Source: Eubacteriales bacterium
Lineage (GTDB): Bacteria; Bacillota; Clostridia; Oscillospirales; CAG-272
NCBI GenBank assembly: GCA_045597185.1
Contig: JAZODV010000157.1
Span: 1-50,991, forward strand
Direction of reading: 5' to 3'
DNA: 50,991 bases
Shown here: in pieces, positions 28,517-37,537 of the stretch
Numbering within the stretch: the first letter of the stretch is position 1
Layout: the number at the start of each line of letters is the position of its first letter
The notes under the pieces: generated by a model
What the model was told of the DNA's origin: nothing
The model's input: the letters and a program-made list of their open reading frames with translations, nothing else
Database searches by the model: none
Program-made: the position numbers and the translations under genes

Positions 28517-29791
28517 ATTTAATGCCATAGCTTTATGTATTTGATATTTTATCGAACCAACAAATGAAATGTTTCCTAAAACTATCATGGTTTCGTTTTG
28601 TGACATGGTAAGAGCTCTTTTGGAAAGAGCTTTTATTTCACTTGGCTTAGACGGATAAAATTCGTTTTTTACATCAAACCCCATCTCGATAAGATCGTTT
28701 TTGATAGAATATTTCTCAGAGAAGGGTGCGACGAATATTATTTTGTTTCCTATAAACGACTTTGCTTTTTTTAATGAATCAGCAAACGCAAAAATGTCGC
28801 TGTCGCTTTTCGGACAGTCAAAAATTATTGTTGGAGTTACCGAAAAAACTTCAAATTTCAGTGGCACTCTTGCAACGGCAAGTCCCTTTGATACGTCCTC
28901 CCCATGAAGCGAAACACCGGTTCTTCTTAAGGCATATACAGTCTCGATGGCAACAAGCGCATTCGTCAGTTGATATTCACTTGATGTTGGTATAGTATAA
29001 GTTTTTCCTCTGTATTCGAAAGTTTGCGATGTAAGAGATATGGAAGTTATGCTCAGCTCTGCCTTTGCCGGAACGGTAAGACGGCTACCTGTTCGCACAC
29101 ATGACGCGAGAATTGCGCTGTATGCCTCACCGGCGGGTGCTGACGTGACTACCTCGCGTGTCCCGCGCCGTATAATTCCTGTGCATGTTCTAAGCTGATC
29201 CTCTGTAAACGAATTGCCACAGATAACAGAAACAAGCGGGGAATCAATGATGCCGGTTGGGTCGGCTCTGCTTTCTCCGCATTCAAGAATTGCAATTTCG
29301 CACCCTTCTTCAAGAAAAGCCAGAAAGGCTGCGGCACATATTATTTCGGATGCTGCAGGTTCGGGTGGAATTTTGCCTTCAAGCAGATTTTTCGTTATTT
29401 TATGACGAGGCAATGGATCCGATGTGTCGGAAGATCGGTCGGATAAGGCGACAATATTTATATCATTTGCCATCTTTTCTGCCATTAACGCAACGCTTCC
29501 AATATGTTTTGCGAAGCAATTATATGATACAGGACAGCAGTTCACCGAAACGAGTTCACGCTGTTCTTTCACAAAAGAATCAGTAAGAGAACCTACTTTA
29601 TATCCCGCCCCCAAAAGAATTGAAGAGAGTATATGGGAACAAGATGTTTTTCCCGACGATCCCGCAATATGAACAAATTTTATTTGGCGTTGAGGGTCAC
29701 CGAGGTAACGGCATAGTAAGCGCATACGCTCGGGTGAGGGAAGAATATCCGAGTGCGCAGAAATGTATTTTATTGCATTTACGTACGTCAT
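28514..29791 (-). CDS. Mur-ligase-family protein, divergent folylpolyglutamate synthase (FolC)-like paralog
   Basis: N-terminal layout and P-loop HIAGSSGKTS, with length (425 aa) like FolC. The downstream consensus motifs look degenerate (see findings). Confidence 0.6.
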   Translation of the reverse strand: MTYVNAIKYISAHSDILPSPERMRLLCRYLGDPQRQIKFVHIAGSSGKTSCSHILSSILLGAGYKVGSLTDSFVKEQRELVSVNCCPVSYNCFAKHIGSVALMAEKMANDINIVALSDRSSDTSDPLPRHKITKNLLEGKIPPEPAASEIICAAAFLAFLEEGCEIAILECGESRADPTGIIDSPLVSVICGNSFTEDQLRTCTGIIRRGTREVVTSAPAGEAYSAILASCVRTGSRLTVPAKAELSITSISLTSQTFEYRGKTYTIPTSSEYQLTNALVAIETVYALRRTGVSLHGEDVSKGLAVARVPLKFEVFSVTPTIIFDCPKSDSDIFAFADSLKKAKSFIGNKIIFVAPFSEKYSIKNDLIEMGFDVKNEFYPSKPSEIKALSKRALTMSQNETMIVLGNISFVGSIKYQIHKAMALN

Positions 29792-30948
29792 ACTTCATCT
29801 CCATACAGAAAACGTCTTATCTCCAGATATTCTGTTTTTGATCTTTCACTTTGCTTACCTGTTAAAACTGCACGAAGAAGAATATTTTTTGGTGTATCGT
29901 CGGGATCAACAAGCTCAACAGCTTCTGTAGAATATCCTTCTGACTCGAGCATTTTGAGGCGAAGAGCGTCGGTTGCCGCGTCGCAGAATTTTTGCTTTAA
30001 CATAGAATGCTCTGCAATGAACGAGAGCGATGGACAGTTTAACTTATGGTTCATTTCATGATGGCAGCAAGGTGTTGAAAGTATAACCTTTGCTTTCCAT
30101 TTTACAGCTTTTTGGAGTACGAGGTCAGTTGCGGTATCGCAGGCATGAAGCGAGACAACAAGCTGAGGAAGTTCTGTCGGCTCAAAAGCAGCAACATCTC
30201 CGCAAACAAACGAAAGACCGTCAAAACAGACGGAGCGTGCAACACTGTTGCAGTAATCTATAACATCCTGCTTTAGATCTACGCCTATCATTTTTATTTT
30301 GCGGCATTTTACATTTGCAAAATAATGATATACGGCAAAGGAAAGATAACTTTTACCGCAACAAAGGTCGCATACAGTAAGCTCTTCGTTGTTCGGAAGA
30401 TGCTTTTCATAGTCGCGCACATACTCAAGGAATCTGTTTATCTGACGAAGTTTTGGACGCTTTTTGTCGTGAGGACGACCGTTCTTGTCACTTACGCCAA
30501 GCGCGATCAAAAAGGGCTCTTTTCCTGTTAAAATGTGATTTTTTTCTTTGTTATTTCCTGACGGAGCAATTACAACTCCGCCTTTTTCTATAGCACGGTC
30601 GAGCTTTTCTCCGCCAATGAGCGTTTCTTTTCCAGATGCAGACCTTTTAAGCTCGCAACTTCCTACGGTTGTAATAATGTTAAACTGAGCAAACTCCGCT
30701 ATAAGTTCGGCAATTCTGATTGAAGCGTTGCCGCTGTCAAGCTTTACGTTTTCATGCGTAACTTTATTGTCGGAACGAAAGAATTCGACTTGTAATGCGT
30801 ATGTACCGCCTATGCTTTTTAAAGTTATTACTGCTCGAACACTATTGCTTTCAGCCAAAGGCTTTGATAGAACCGCTTTTTTTAAAAGCTGTTTTCTTGC
30901 GGCTGATATCAGTATTTTTGCAGAATGGTTTACATGAGTTGTTATCAT
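29788..30948 (-). CDS. class I SAM-dependent methyltransferase (Methyltransf_32/METTL25-like), substrate unknown
   Basis: VCDLCCGKSYLS (motif I-like), GVDL, and SLHACDTATD. It has 4-nt overlaps with both neighbouring genes. Confidence 0.6.
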   Translation of the reverse strand: MITTHVNHSAKILISAARKQLLKKAVLSKPLAESNSVRAVITLKSIGGTYALQVEFFRSDNKVTHENVKLDSGNASIRIAELIAEFAQFNIITTVGSCELKRSASGKETLIGGEKLDRAIEKGGVVIAPSGNNKEKNHILTGKEPFLIALGVSDKNGRPHDKKRPKLRQINRFLEYVRDYEKHLPNNEELTVCDLCCGKSYLSFAVYHYFANVKCRKIKMIGVDLKQDVIDYCNSVARSVCFDGLSFVCGDVAAFEPTELPQLVVSLHACDTATDLVLQKAVKWKAKVILSTPCCHHEMNHKLNCPSLSFIAEHSMLKQKFCDAATDALRLKMLESEGYSTEAVELVDPDDTPKNILLRAVLTGKQSERSKTEYLEIRRFLYGDEV

Positions 30949-31778
30949 TTTTCTATCTTACTATCCTTAACACTCTCTTTATCTTTAGTAGACTGATAAA
31001 GAGCTTTTTTGTTAGACATATGAAAATCAAATTTTGATTCTTCGCGATTCCATATCCTTTTTATGTTTTCTCTATGCATAAATACTACGAATACCGCTGT
31101 CATTATTGCAATTATATTAGAAATCGAAGTTGTGAAAAGCTTATATGCAATAAGATTGTTTGTGCCCTGAATCTCTATGGCAAGTGATATTTCATTAAAA
31201 GTGCTGAGGATCAAGGGATAAATAAGAATGGAAATAATAGAGCCGAGCGATATGTACTTAGATCCGAGAACTATTATCGCAAAGCATGCAAAGCAGATAA
31301 GAAATACCACTGGAATAAACAAAAGAACAGGGTCACCTGCGCTCGTCATAAGAACAAAGACCGCAGTGCAAACAACGCCTTTTCCACCTTTAAATTTGTA
31401 TTGCATAGGAAACATATGACCGAGAACACAGAAAAATCCTGCGATATACGCGCCAAGACGTCCGAGCAGAATATAACCGAGAATACAAGCTACAAAGCTC
31501 TTTCCGGCATCTCCGGCGAGCGTAATGTGACCTGCTTTTTTTCCGAATGTACGGCGCATATTCGTCATACCTGCGTTGCCTGATCCGAAATCACGAACGT
31601 CGACTCCGTATTTTTTCTTTGATATTATGATTGCAAAATTAAGTCCGCCAAGAAAATATCCTGCAACAATACAAATAAAAGCTGCGATAACTTTATATAC
31701 TACAGTTGCAGCAGTGGATACCTCTCCCATAAGATATGGAATGAGCCCCATATAATAGATAAAAAGATATGTGACCAT
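30945..31778 (-). CDS. plsY: glycerol-3-phosphate acyltransferase PlsY (acyl-phosphate dependent)
   Basis: GSGNAGMTN motif, LGHMFP and FKGGKG motifs, polytopic. The ORF (277 aa) is longer than typical PlsY, so the start may be at an internal Met and there is a hydrophilic C-terminal tail. Confidence 0.82.
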   Translation of the reverse strand: MVTYLFIYYMGLIPYLMGEVSTAATVVYKVIAAFICIVAGYFLGGLNFAIIISKKKYGVDVRDFGSGNAGMTNMRRTFGKKAGHITLAGDAGKSFVACILGYILLGRLGAYIAGFFCVLGHMFPMQYKFKGGKGVVCTAVFVLMTSAGDPVLLFIPVVFLICFACFAIIVLGSKYISLGSIISILIYPLILSTFNEISLAIEIQGTNNLIAYKLFTTSISNIIAIMTAVFVVFMHRENIKRIWNREESKFDFHMSNKKALYQSTKDKESVKDSKIEK

Positions 31779-31779
31779 A

Positions 31780-33780
31780 TTAAATATCTGCCTCCTTGAT
31801 GTATTCAGCCCCGTGATCGCTTATAAACTGCTTTCTTTCAGCAAGAGCATCGCCAAGAAGTGTATCAAATATCCACTCAGTTGCCTTTGCGTCAGCAGGG
31901 TTTATTGATATCAACCGTCTTGTTTCGGGGTTCATTGTGGTTTGCCACATCATATCGGGCTCGTTTTCGCCAAGACCCTTTGAACGCTGTAGCGTATATT
32001 TTTTACCGTCGAGCTGCTTGAGTATCTTTGCTTTTTCAAATTCATCGTAAGCAAAATATACCTTATCTTTTGTGGATATTTCGAACAGAGGAGATTCTGC
32101 GATGAATATTTTGTTTTCTTTAATAAGTGTGGGAAGCAGACGGTAAAAAAGAGTTAAGAGCAGGGTTCTTATTTGGAATCCGTCCTCGTCGGCATCGGTA
32201 CAGATAATTATCTTAGACCAACGGAGAAGGCTAAGATCAAACGCTGCAATATCACCCTTGACCTTTCCGGAAATCTCAACGCCGCATCCGATAACCTTGA
32301 GAAGATCAGTAATGATCTCACTCTTGAATATTTTATCGTAACTGCTCTTAAGACAGTTAAGTGTTTTACCTCTTACGGGGATTATTGCTTGGTATTCCGC
32401 ATTTCGTCCGAGCTTACACGACGTAAGAGCAGAGTCACCCTCAACTATATAAAGCTCGCGAACGTTCGGGTCTTTGGAACGGCAGTTGACAAATTTTTCA
32501 ACTCTATTAGCAATGTCGATAGTTCCCGTGAGCTTTTTCTTTATGTTAAGACGTGTGCTTTCGGCAGATTCACGGCTTCTTTTGTTTATAAGAACCTGAT
32601 TTGCAAGCGTTTCGGCTTCGTTCGGGTTTTCAAGAAAATAAACCTCAAGATTGTGACGCAAAAAGTCGTTCATTGCCTCATATATAAAGGTATTGGTTAT
32701 CGACTTTTTTGTTTGGTTCTCATAAGACGTCATTGTAGAAAAGCTATTGCTGACATAGACAAGAGAATCCGCTATATCGTTAAAGGTTATCTTTGCCTCG
32801 TTCTTATTATATTTTCCTGTGGTCTTGAGATATTTGTCAACAGCATAAGTGAAAGCTGTTTTTACTGCTTTGTCGGGAGCACCGCCGTGTTCAAGAAAGC
32901 TCGAGTTGTGATAATATTCGAGTACGTTTATGACATTTGAAACACAAAAAGAAAAATCGGCTTTAAGCTTGTAGGTGTCCTTGTCGGCACGGTCTTTACC
33001 TTGCGTTTCAAGATGCCAGAGAACAGGCTCGGTTTTTGCGGTATCTCCTGCAAGCTCGGCCACATAGTCGGAAATACCGTTCTGATAGAGAAATTCTTGC
33101 GCGGTAAAGCTTCCGTCGTTTTCCTGAAATTTAAGAACGAAGCAAATTCCTGGATTTACGACCGACTGACGCTTAAGCGTGTCAATGAAGAACTCACGCG
33201 GAATATTTATATCGGTAAAGACTTCAAGGTCGGGACGCCAACGGATCTTGGTGCCTGTTTTGCGTTCGCCGCGTCCAAGCTCACGTTCTTCAAGTTCACC
33301 CGTAACAGGCTCGCCCTTCTTGAATTCAATAGAACGGCAGTATGTTCCGTCGTATGATTCAACTCTCATATATTCCGAGCTGTATTGTGTTGCGCATGCG
33401 CCGAGACCGTTAAGACCGAGAGAATACTCGTAGGCAGATTCTCCGGAGTTGTTGTCGTATTTTCCACCTGCGTAAAGCTCACAGTAAATAAGATCCCAGT
33501 TAAAGCGTTGCTCTGCTTCGTTCCATCCAAGAGGTACACCGCGTCCGCGGTCCTCGACTTCAAGAGAATTGTCGTTGTATGCGGTTACCCTTATTTCATT
33601 ACCGTGACCGTCTCTTGCCTCGTCAACAGAGTTGGAGAGTATTTCAAAAAACGAATGCTCGCAACCGTCAAGACCGTCAGAACCGAAAATAACACCGGGA
33701 CGTTTTCTGACTCGGTCGGGGCCTTTAAGTGATTTTATACTTTGATCGTTATACGACTGTTTTGCAGGTTTTGTCGCCAT
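31780..33780 (-). CDS. type IIA DNA topoisomerase subunit B (ParE/GyrB paralog)
   Basis: GHKL motifs EILSNSVDEA, DRGRGVP and GLNGLGACA. QTK loop (ENQTKKS). Toprim motifs EGDSA, PVRGKTLN and DADEDG. Confidence 0.85.
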   Translation of the reverse strand: MATKPAKQSYNDQSIKSLKGPDRVRKRPGVIFGSDGLDGCEHSFFEILSNSVDEARDGHGNEIRVTAYNDNSLEVEDRGRGVPLGWNEAEQRFNWDLIYCELYAGGKYDNNSGESAYEYSLGLNGLGACATQYSSEYMRVESYDGTYCRSIEFKKGEPVTGELEERELGRGERKTGTKIRWRPDLEVFTDINIPREFFIDTLKRQSVVNPGICFVLKFQENDGSFTAQEFLYQNGISDYVAELAGDTAKTEPVLWHLETQGKDRADKDTYKLKADFSFCVSNVINVLEYYHNSSFLEHGGAPDKAVKTAFTYAVDKYLKTTGKYNKNEAKITFNDIADSLVYVSNSFSTMTSYENQTKKSITNTFIYEAMNDFLRHNLEVYFLENPNEAETLANQVLINKRSRESAESTRLNIKKKLTGTIDIANRVEKFVNCRSKDPNVRELYIVEGDSALTSCKLGRNAEYQAIIPVRGKTLNCLKSSYDKIFKSEIITDLLKVIGCGVEISGKVKGDIAAFDLSLLRWSKIIICTDADEDGFQIRTLLLTLFYRLLPTLIKENKIFIAESPLFEISTKDKVYFAYDEFEKAKILKQLDGKKYTLQRSKGLGENEPDMMWQTTMNPETRRLISINPADAKATEWIFDTLLGDALAERKQFISDHGAEYIKEADI

Positions 33781-33832
33781 TTATAGTTCCTTTCTATACA
33801 AGCGTGATACTGTATATATTATTCCAAATTAT

Positions 33833-33861
33833 ATTATACCACACATATTGTGTTTTGAAAA
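33833..33861 (-). promoter_or_regulatory. putative sigma-A promoter for the parE-like operon (TTTTCA-17-TATAAT with TRTG)
   Basis: The reverse complement reads ttttcaaaacacaatatgtgtggtataat. Confidence 0.4.
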
Positions 33862-33891
33862 GAGGATTTTTAAAAAATCTTCTTTTTCCTA

Positions 33892-33920
33892 TTGCATATT
33901 TTACCAAATAGGGTTATAAT
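33892..33920 (+). promoter_or_regulatory. putative sigma-A promoter for murD (TTGCAT-17-TATAAT)
   Basis: ttgcat at 33892-33897 and tataat at 33915-33920. Confidence 0.45.
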
Positions 33921-33937
33921 ATATAAGATAATGCGTA

Positions 33938-35413
33938 ATGAATGGGGGCGGCTGTTTGATAAGCGATGAATCAGAAGTGCTCAAGCTGATAAAAGATAAA
34001 AGATGTGAAGTGTTGGGCCTTGGAATTTCCAATATTCCTCTGTGTAAATTCCTTTGCGAAAACGGAGCCGGGACGGTAATCGGACGCGATAAAAAAAGTG
34101 AAAGTGAGCTTGGTTCGTCTGTGAAAGAACTTAAAGCGCTTGGAGTACAGCTTGTTACCGGCGACGCTTATCTTAACGGTGTTGGCGGCGATGAGCCGGA
34201 AAACACTGTAATATTCAGATCTCCCGGAATGCGCCCGGATACAGATGAGATAAAAGACACGCTCTCGCGAGGGGCAACGCTCAGTTCGGAGATGGAGTTG
34301 TTTTTTGAACTGACACCGACCAAGATAATAGCTGTTACGGGGAGTGACGGTAAAACTACTACAACGACGCTTATAGGAAAACTTCTTCAGCACGAATTTA
34401 ATAAAGATGGCAGAGAACGACGTGTGTTTATCGGTGGAAATATAGGAGAACCTTTACTACCAAAGGTCTTTGAAATGAATTCCGATGATATTTCGGTGGT
34501 TGAGCTTTCAAGCTTTCAGCTTATGACGATGAAATGCTCGCCTGACATAGCTGTTATTACAAACGTAACGCCAAATCACCTTAATTGGCATACTGATATG
34601 AATGAATATATTGAGGCCAAGAAAAATATATGCCGATATTCTCCTTGTAAGCATTTGACTGTTAACCGTGAAAACGACATTACGGCTTCTATCGGGAAAG
34701 AAACCGAATTTGATGTAACGTATTTTTCTTCAGAAAGAAATTGCTATGAAGACACGGTGTGTAAAGGGGCAACTAACGATGTTACCACTATTTTTGAACG
34801 TGACGGAAATATCATATTCTCTGACGGAGAACAAGAAGAGATAATTATAAGAGCTTCGCAGATAAAGCTTCCGGGAAAGCACAATCTGCAAAACTATATG
34901 TCGGCTATCTCAGCAACACGTGGACTTGTTTCAAACGAAACTGTAGCAGCTGTCGCCGAAACCTTTGGCGGAGTTGAGCACAGGTGTGAATTTGTAAGGG
35001 AGCTTCACGGTGTAAAATATTACAACAGCTCAATAGATTCAAGTCCTACGCGAACAAAAGCGGCACTTTCTGCATTCTGCAAAAAGGTTATTGTAATATG
35101 CGGCGGAAGCGATAAGGGCGTAGCTTTTGATACCTTGGCAAACGCGCTGTGTAAGTACGCCAAAGCGGTTGTGCTGACCGGCGATACCGCTGAGAAAATC
35201 AAGTCAGCCATACTTGATTGTCCCGAGTATACGGAAGGGCTTTTTAAAATGATCGAACAAAAGAATTTTACAGAGGCTGTTCTCGCCGCGTCGAGTGTAG
35301 CTACTGAAAAAGATATCGTCATACTTTCTCCCGCATGCGCTTCGTTTGATGCGTTTCGTAACTTTGAGGAAAGAGGCAAAAAATTTAAAGAAATAATAAA
35401 TGAATTGGAGTAA
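33938..35413 (+). CDS. murD: UDP-N-acetylmuramoyl-L-alanine--D-glutamate ligase
   Basis: N-terminal Rossmann-like LGLGISN, P-loop VTGSDGKTTTT, and the NHLNWH and GGSDKG motifs. The start is uncertain: ATG at 33938, or in-frame TTG at 33956 preceded by GGGGG. Confidence 0.88.
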   Translation: MNGGGCLISDESEVLKLIKDKRCEVLGLGISNIPLCKFLCENGAGTVIGRDKKSESELGSSVKELKALGVQLVTGDAYLNGVGGDEPENTVIFRSPGMRPDTDEIKDTLSRGATLSSEMELFFELTPTKIIAVTGSDGKTTTTTLIGKLLQHEFNKDGRERRVFIGGNIGEPLLPKVFEMNSDDISVVELSSFQLMTMKCSPDIAVITNVTPNHLNWHTDMNEYIEAKKNICRYSPCKHLTVNRENDITASIGKETEFDVTYFSSERNCYEDTVCKGATNDVTTIFERDGNIIFSDGEQEEIIIRASQIKLPGKHNLQNYMSAISATRGLVSNETVAAVAETFGGVEHRCEFVRELHGVKYYNSSIDSSPTRTKAALSAFCKKVIVICGGSDKGVAFDTLANALCKYAKAVVLTGDTAEKIKSAILDCPEYTEGLFKMIEQKNFTEAVLAASSVATEKDIVILSPACASFDAFRNFEERGKKFKEIINELE

Positions 35414-35419
35414 AAAACC

Positions 35420-36457
35420 ATGCTACTGAACTATGAACAGGTAAAAGCCGCAACAAGAGGAGCTTATCGGATCACAGAAGCTGACGGCAAATTCAATTTT
35501 TTCAGATTTAATGAGGCGCAGACAAACTATTATAAAGAAGTAAGCCCAAGAGACTTCTACATAAAGTCGTCGTCGTCATCAAGTATGTGCATTGATTTCT
35601 ATACAGACTCAAAATCTTTCAGCTTTGATTATTCTGTTGAACCTTGCACAGGACGCAGATATTATAACTTTGATGTATATGTTGACGGAATAATGGTAAA
35701 GCACCTTGGTGAGTCTAACGCTTGGATAAAAAAGGGAAGTATTTCCGTAAATGTTGAGGACGAGGGGGCTCCTAAATGGGTAAAAACAAGACAAAAGCAT
35801 TTTTCTCCCGCGTTTCATGGTGAACACAGAGTGTCTCTTTGGCTTCCAAATCTTTTTAAAGTTACAGTTTCAAATATAACGATAGACGACGGTGCCACAT
35901 TTAGAGCAGCTACGCCGAAGAAGAATATTTTGGCTTTCGGCGATTCGATCACTCACGGTTATGATGCAGCTTGTCCTTCTATGTCATATATAAACCGTGT
36001 GGCAAGGTATTTTGACGCTAACCTGCGTAATTTGGGCATTGGCGGAGAAAAATTTGTGGCGGGTATTGTTGATTCGAACATAGATTTTGAGCCGGATTTT
36101 ATAACAATTGCATACGGAACTAATGACTGGTCCGGAAGAACTCCTGAGGAGTTTACAACGGGCTGTGATGCATTTCTTGAAAAACTTGCAAAGACATATC
36201 CCGAAACCAAGAAATTTATGATACTTCCTCTCTGGAGAGGAGACTATAAAGCAAAAAGGAAATACGAGGGTACCTTCGGTGAAGCTTGTACGTATATAAG
36301 AAACAAGGCGGAATCACTTGGATTTATAGTATTTGACGGTTGGAATTATCTTCCTCATGTGCCTGACTTCTTCTTTGACGAGAGACTCCATCCCAATGAT
36401 ATGGGATTTGCGGAATATGCAAACGGACTTATCTCTGATATAGAGCAATATATTTAA
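35420..36457 (+). CDS. SGNH/GDSL hydrolase with an N-terminal beta-sandwich-like domain
   Basis: Block I AFGDSITHG, block III YGTNDW, block V-like DERLHPN. The roughly 165 aa N-terminal domain is of unknown role. Confidence 0.75.
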   Translation: MLLNYEQVKAATRGAYRITEADGKFNFFRFNEAQTNYYKEVSPRDFYIKSSSSSSMCIDFYTDSKSFSFDYSVEPCTGRRYYNFDVYVDGIMVKHLGESNAWIKKGSISVNVEDEGAPKWVKTRQKHFSPAFHGEHRVSLWLPNLFKVTVSNITIDDGATFRAATPKKNILAFGDSITHGYDAACPSMSYINRVARYFDANLRNLGIGGEKFVAGIVDSNIDFEPDFITIAYGTNDWSGRTPEEFTTGCDAFLEKLAKTYPETKKFMILPLWRGDYKAKRKYEGTFGEACTYIRNKAESLGFIVFDGWNYLPHVPDFFFDERLHPNDMGFAEYANGLISDIEQYI

Positions 36458-36469
36458 TTTGGAGCAAAG

Positions 36470-37537
36470 ATGGAACTTAAAAAACTTATAATTGATTTTG
36501 CGTCGCTTATGTCCATCTCCGGACATGAATCGTATGATGCAGATAAGCTAATATCTCTAATCGGAAATGAATTTGACGAGACATTTACAGATCCCATAGG
36601 AAATCGTTTCTTTGTTAAAAAATGCGGAAAAGAAAACGCACCGAAGATACTTGTCGATGCCCATATGGATGAGATCGGCATGATGGTCACCGATATAAAA
36701 GAAGGAGGATTTTTGTCTGTAACCGGTATCGGCGGAGTGGATACCCGTATACTTCAGGCAGGAGACGTAGTCATATACGGGAAAGAAAAAATATTCGGTG
36801 TGGTAGGCTCAACCCCTCCTCATCTTCAGAAACCCGAGGATTCAAAAAAGCTTCGTGAGATCGGAGAGCTTCTTATAGATACGGGATACAGTAAGGAAAA
36901 GCTATCCGAGCTTGTCCGTATAGGAACACCCGTGGGCTTTGCACCAAAATATTCGGAATTTGAAAACGGTCAACTCGCGGGAAAGGGCTTTGATGACAAG
37001 GCATGTGCCGCATGTGCTGCCGAAGGTATTGCGAGAGCAGACCGAAAAGAGCTTGCAGGCGACGTATATCTTATGCTTTCCTCACGCGAGGAAACCGGAC
37101 TTGTCGGAGGAGCAGCAACGGGAAGCTTCGGTATTTATCCCGACTACGCTCTTGTAATAGACGTAAATCTCGGCCGTACTCCCGATACCCCTGCTAACGA
37201 GACCGTAAAAATGGGAGACGGTATTTCTCTTACGTTTTGTCCGGTAACAGACAGAATGCTTACTAAGATGACCGCGGAGCTTGCAGATGGCAACGGAATA
37301 AAGTGGCAAGCGTCTGTAAGCGGAAGAGGAACAGGAACAAACACACCGGATATCAACCTGACGAAAGCAGGCATACCGTGTGTTGACGTAGGTTTGCCGT
37401 TAAAGAGTATGCATACCTGCGTTGAGGTCCTTGATATGGCAGATGCCGAAGCTGCGGCAGAGCTTATTAAGCTGTTTGTTTGCTCAAAAGACATAGCATA
37501 TGAATTTACCTCGAAAGGAGATGCATACAGTGACTGA
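36470..37537 (+). CDS. M42 family metallopeptidase (TET/FrvX-like aminopeptidase), paralog 1
   Basis: DAHMDEIG, GKGFDDKA, SSREETG and the MHT motif. Confidence 0.85.
   Translation: MELKKLIIDFASLMSISGHESYDADKLISLIGNEFDETFTDPIGNRFFVKKCGKENAPKILVDAHMDEIGMMVTDIKEGGFLSVTGIGGVDTRILQAGDVVIYGKEKIFGVVGSTPPHLQKPEDSKKLREIGELLIDTGYSKEKLSELVRIGTPVGFAPKYSEFENGQLAGKGFDDKACAACAAEGIARADRKELAGDVYLMLSSREETGLVGGAATGSFGIYPDYALVIDVNLGRTPDTPANETVKMGDGISLTFCPVTDRMLTKMTAELADGNGIKWQASVSGRGTGTNTPDINLTKAGIPCVDVGLPLKSMHTCVEVLDMADAEAAAELIKLFVCSKDIAYEFTSKGDAYSD

Noticed and set aside
32173-32940. A 255 aa plus-strand ORF inside the parE-like gene.
   Set aside because: It is antisense to a CDS with intact GHKL and Toprim motifs. 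The composition is junk-like and no translation signals are present.
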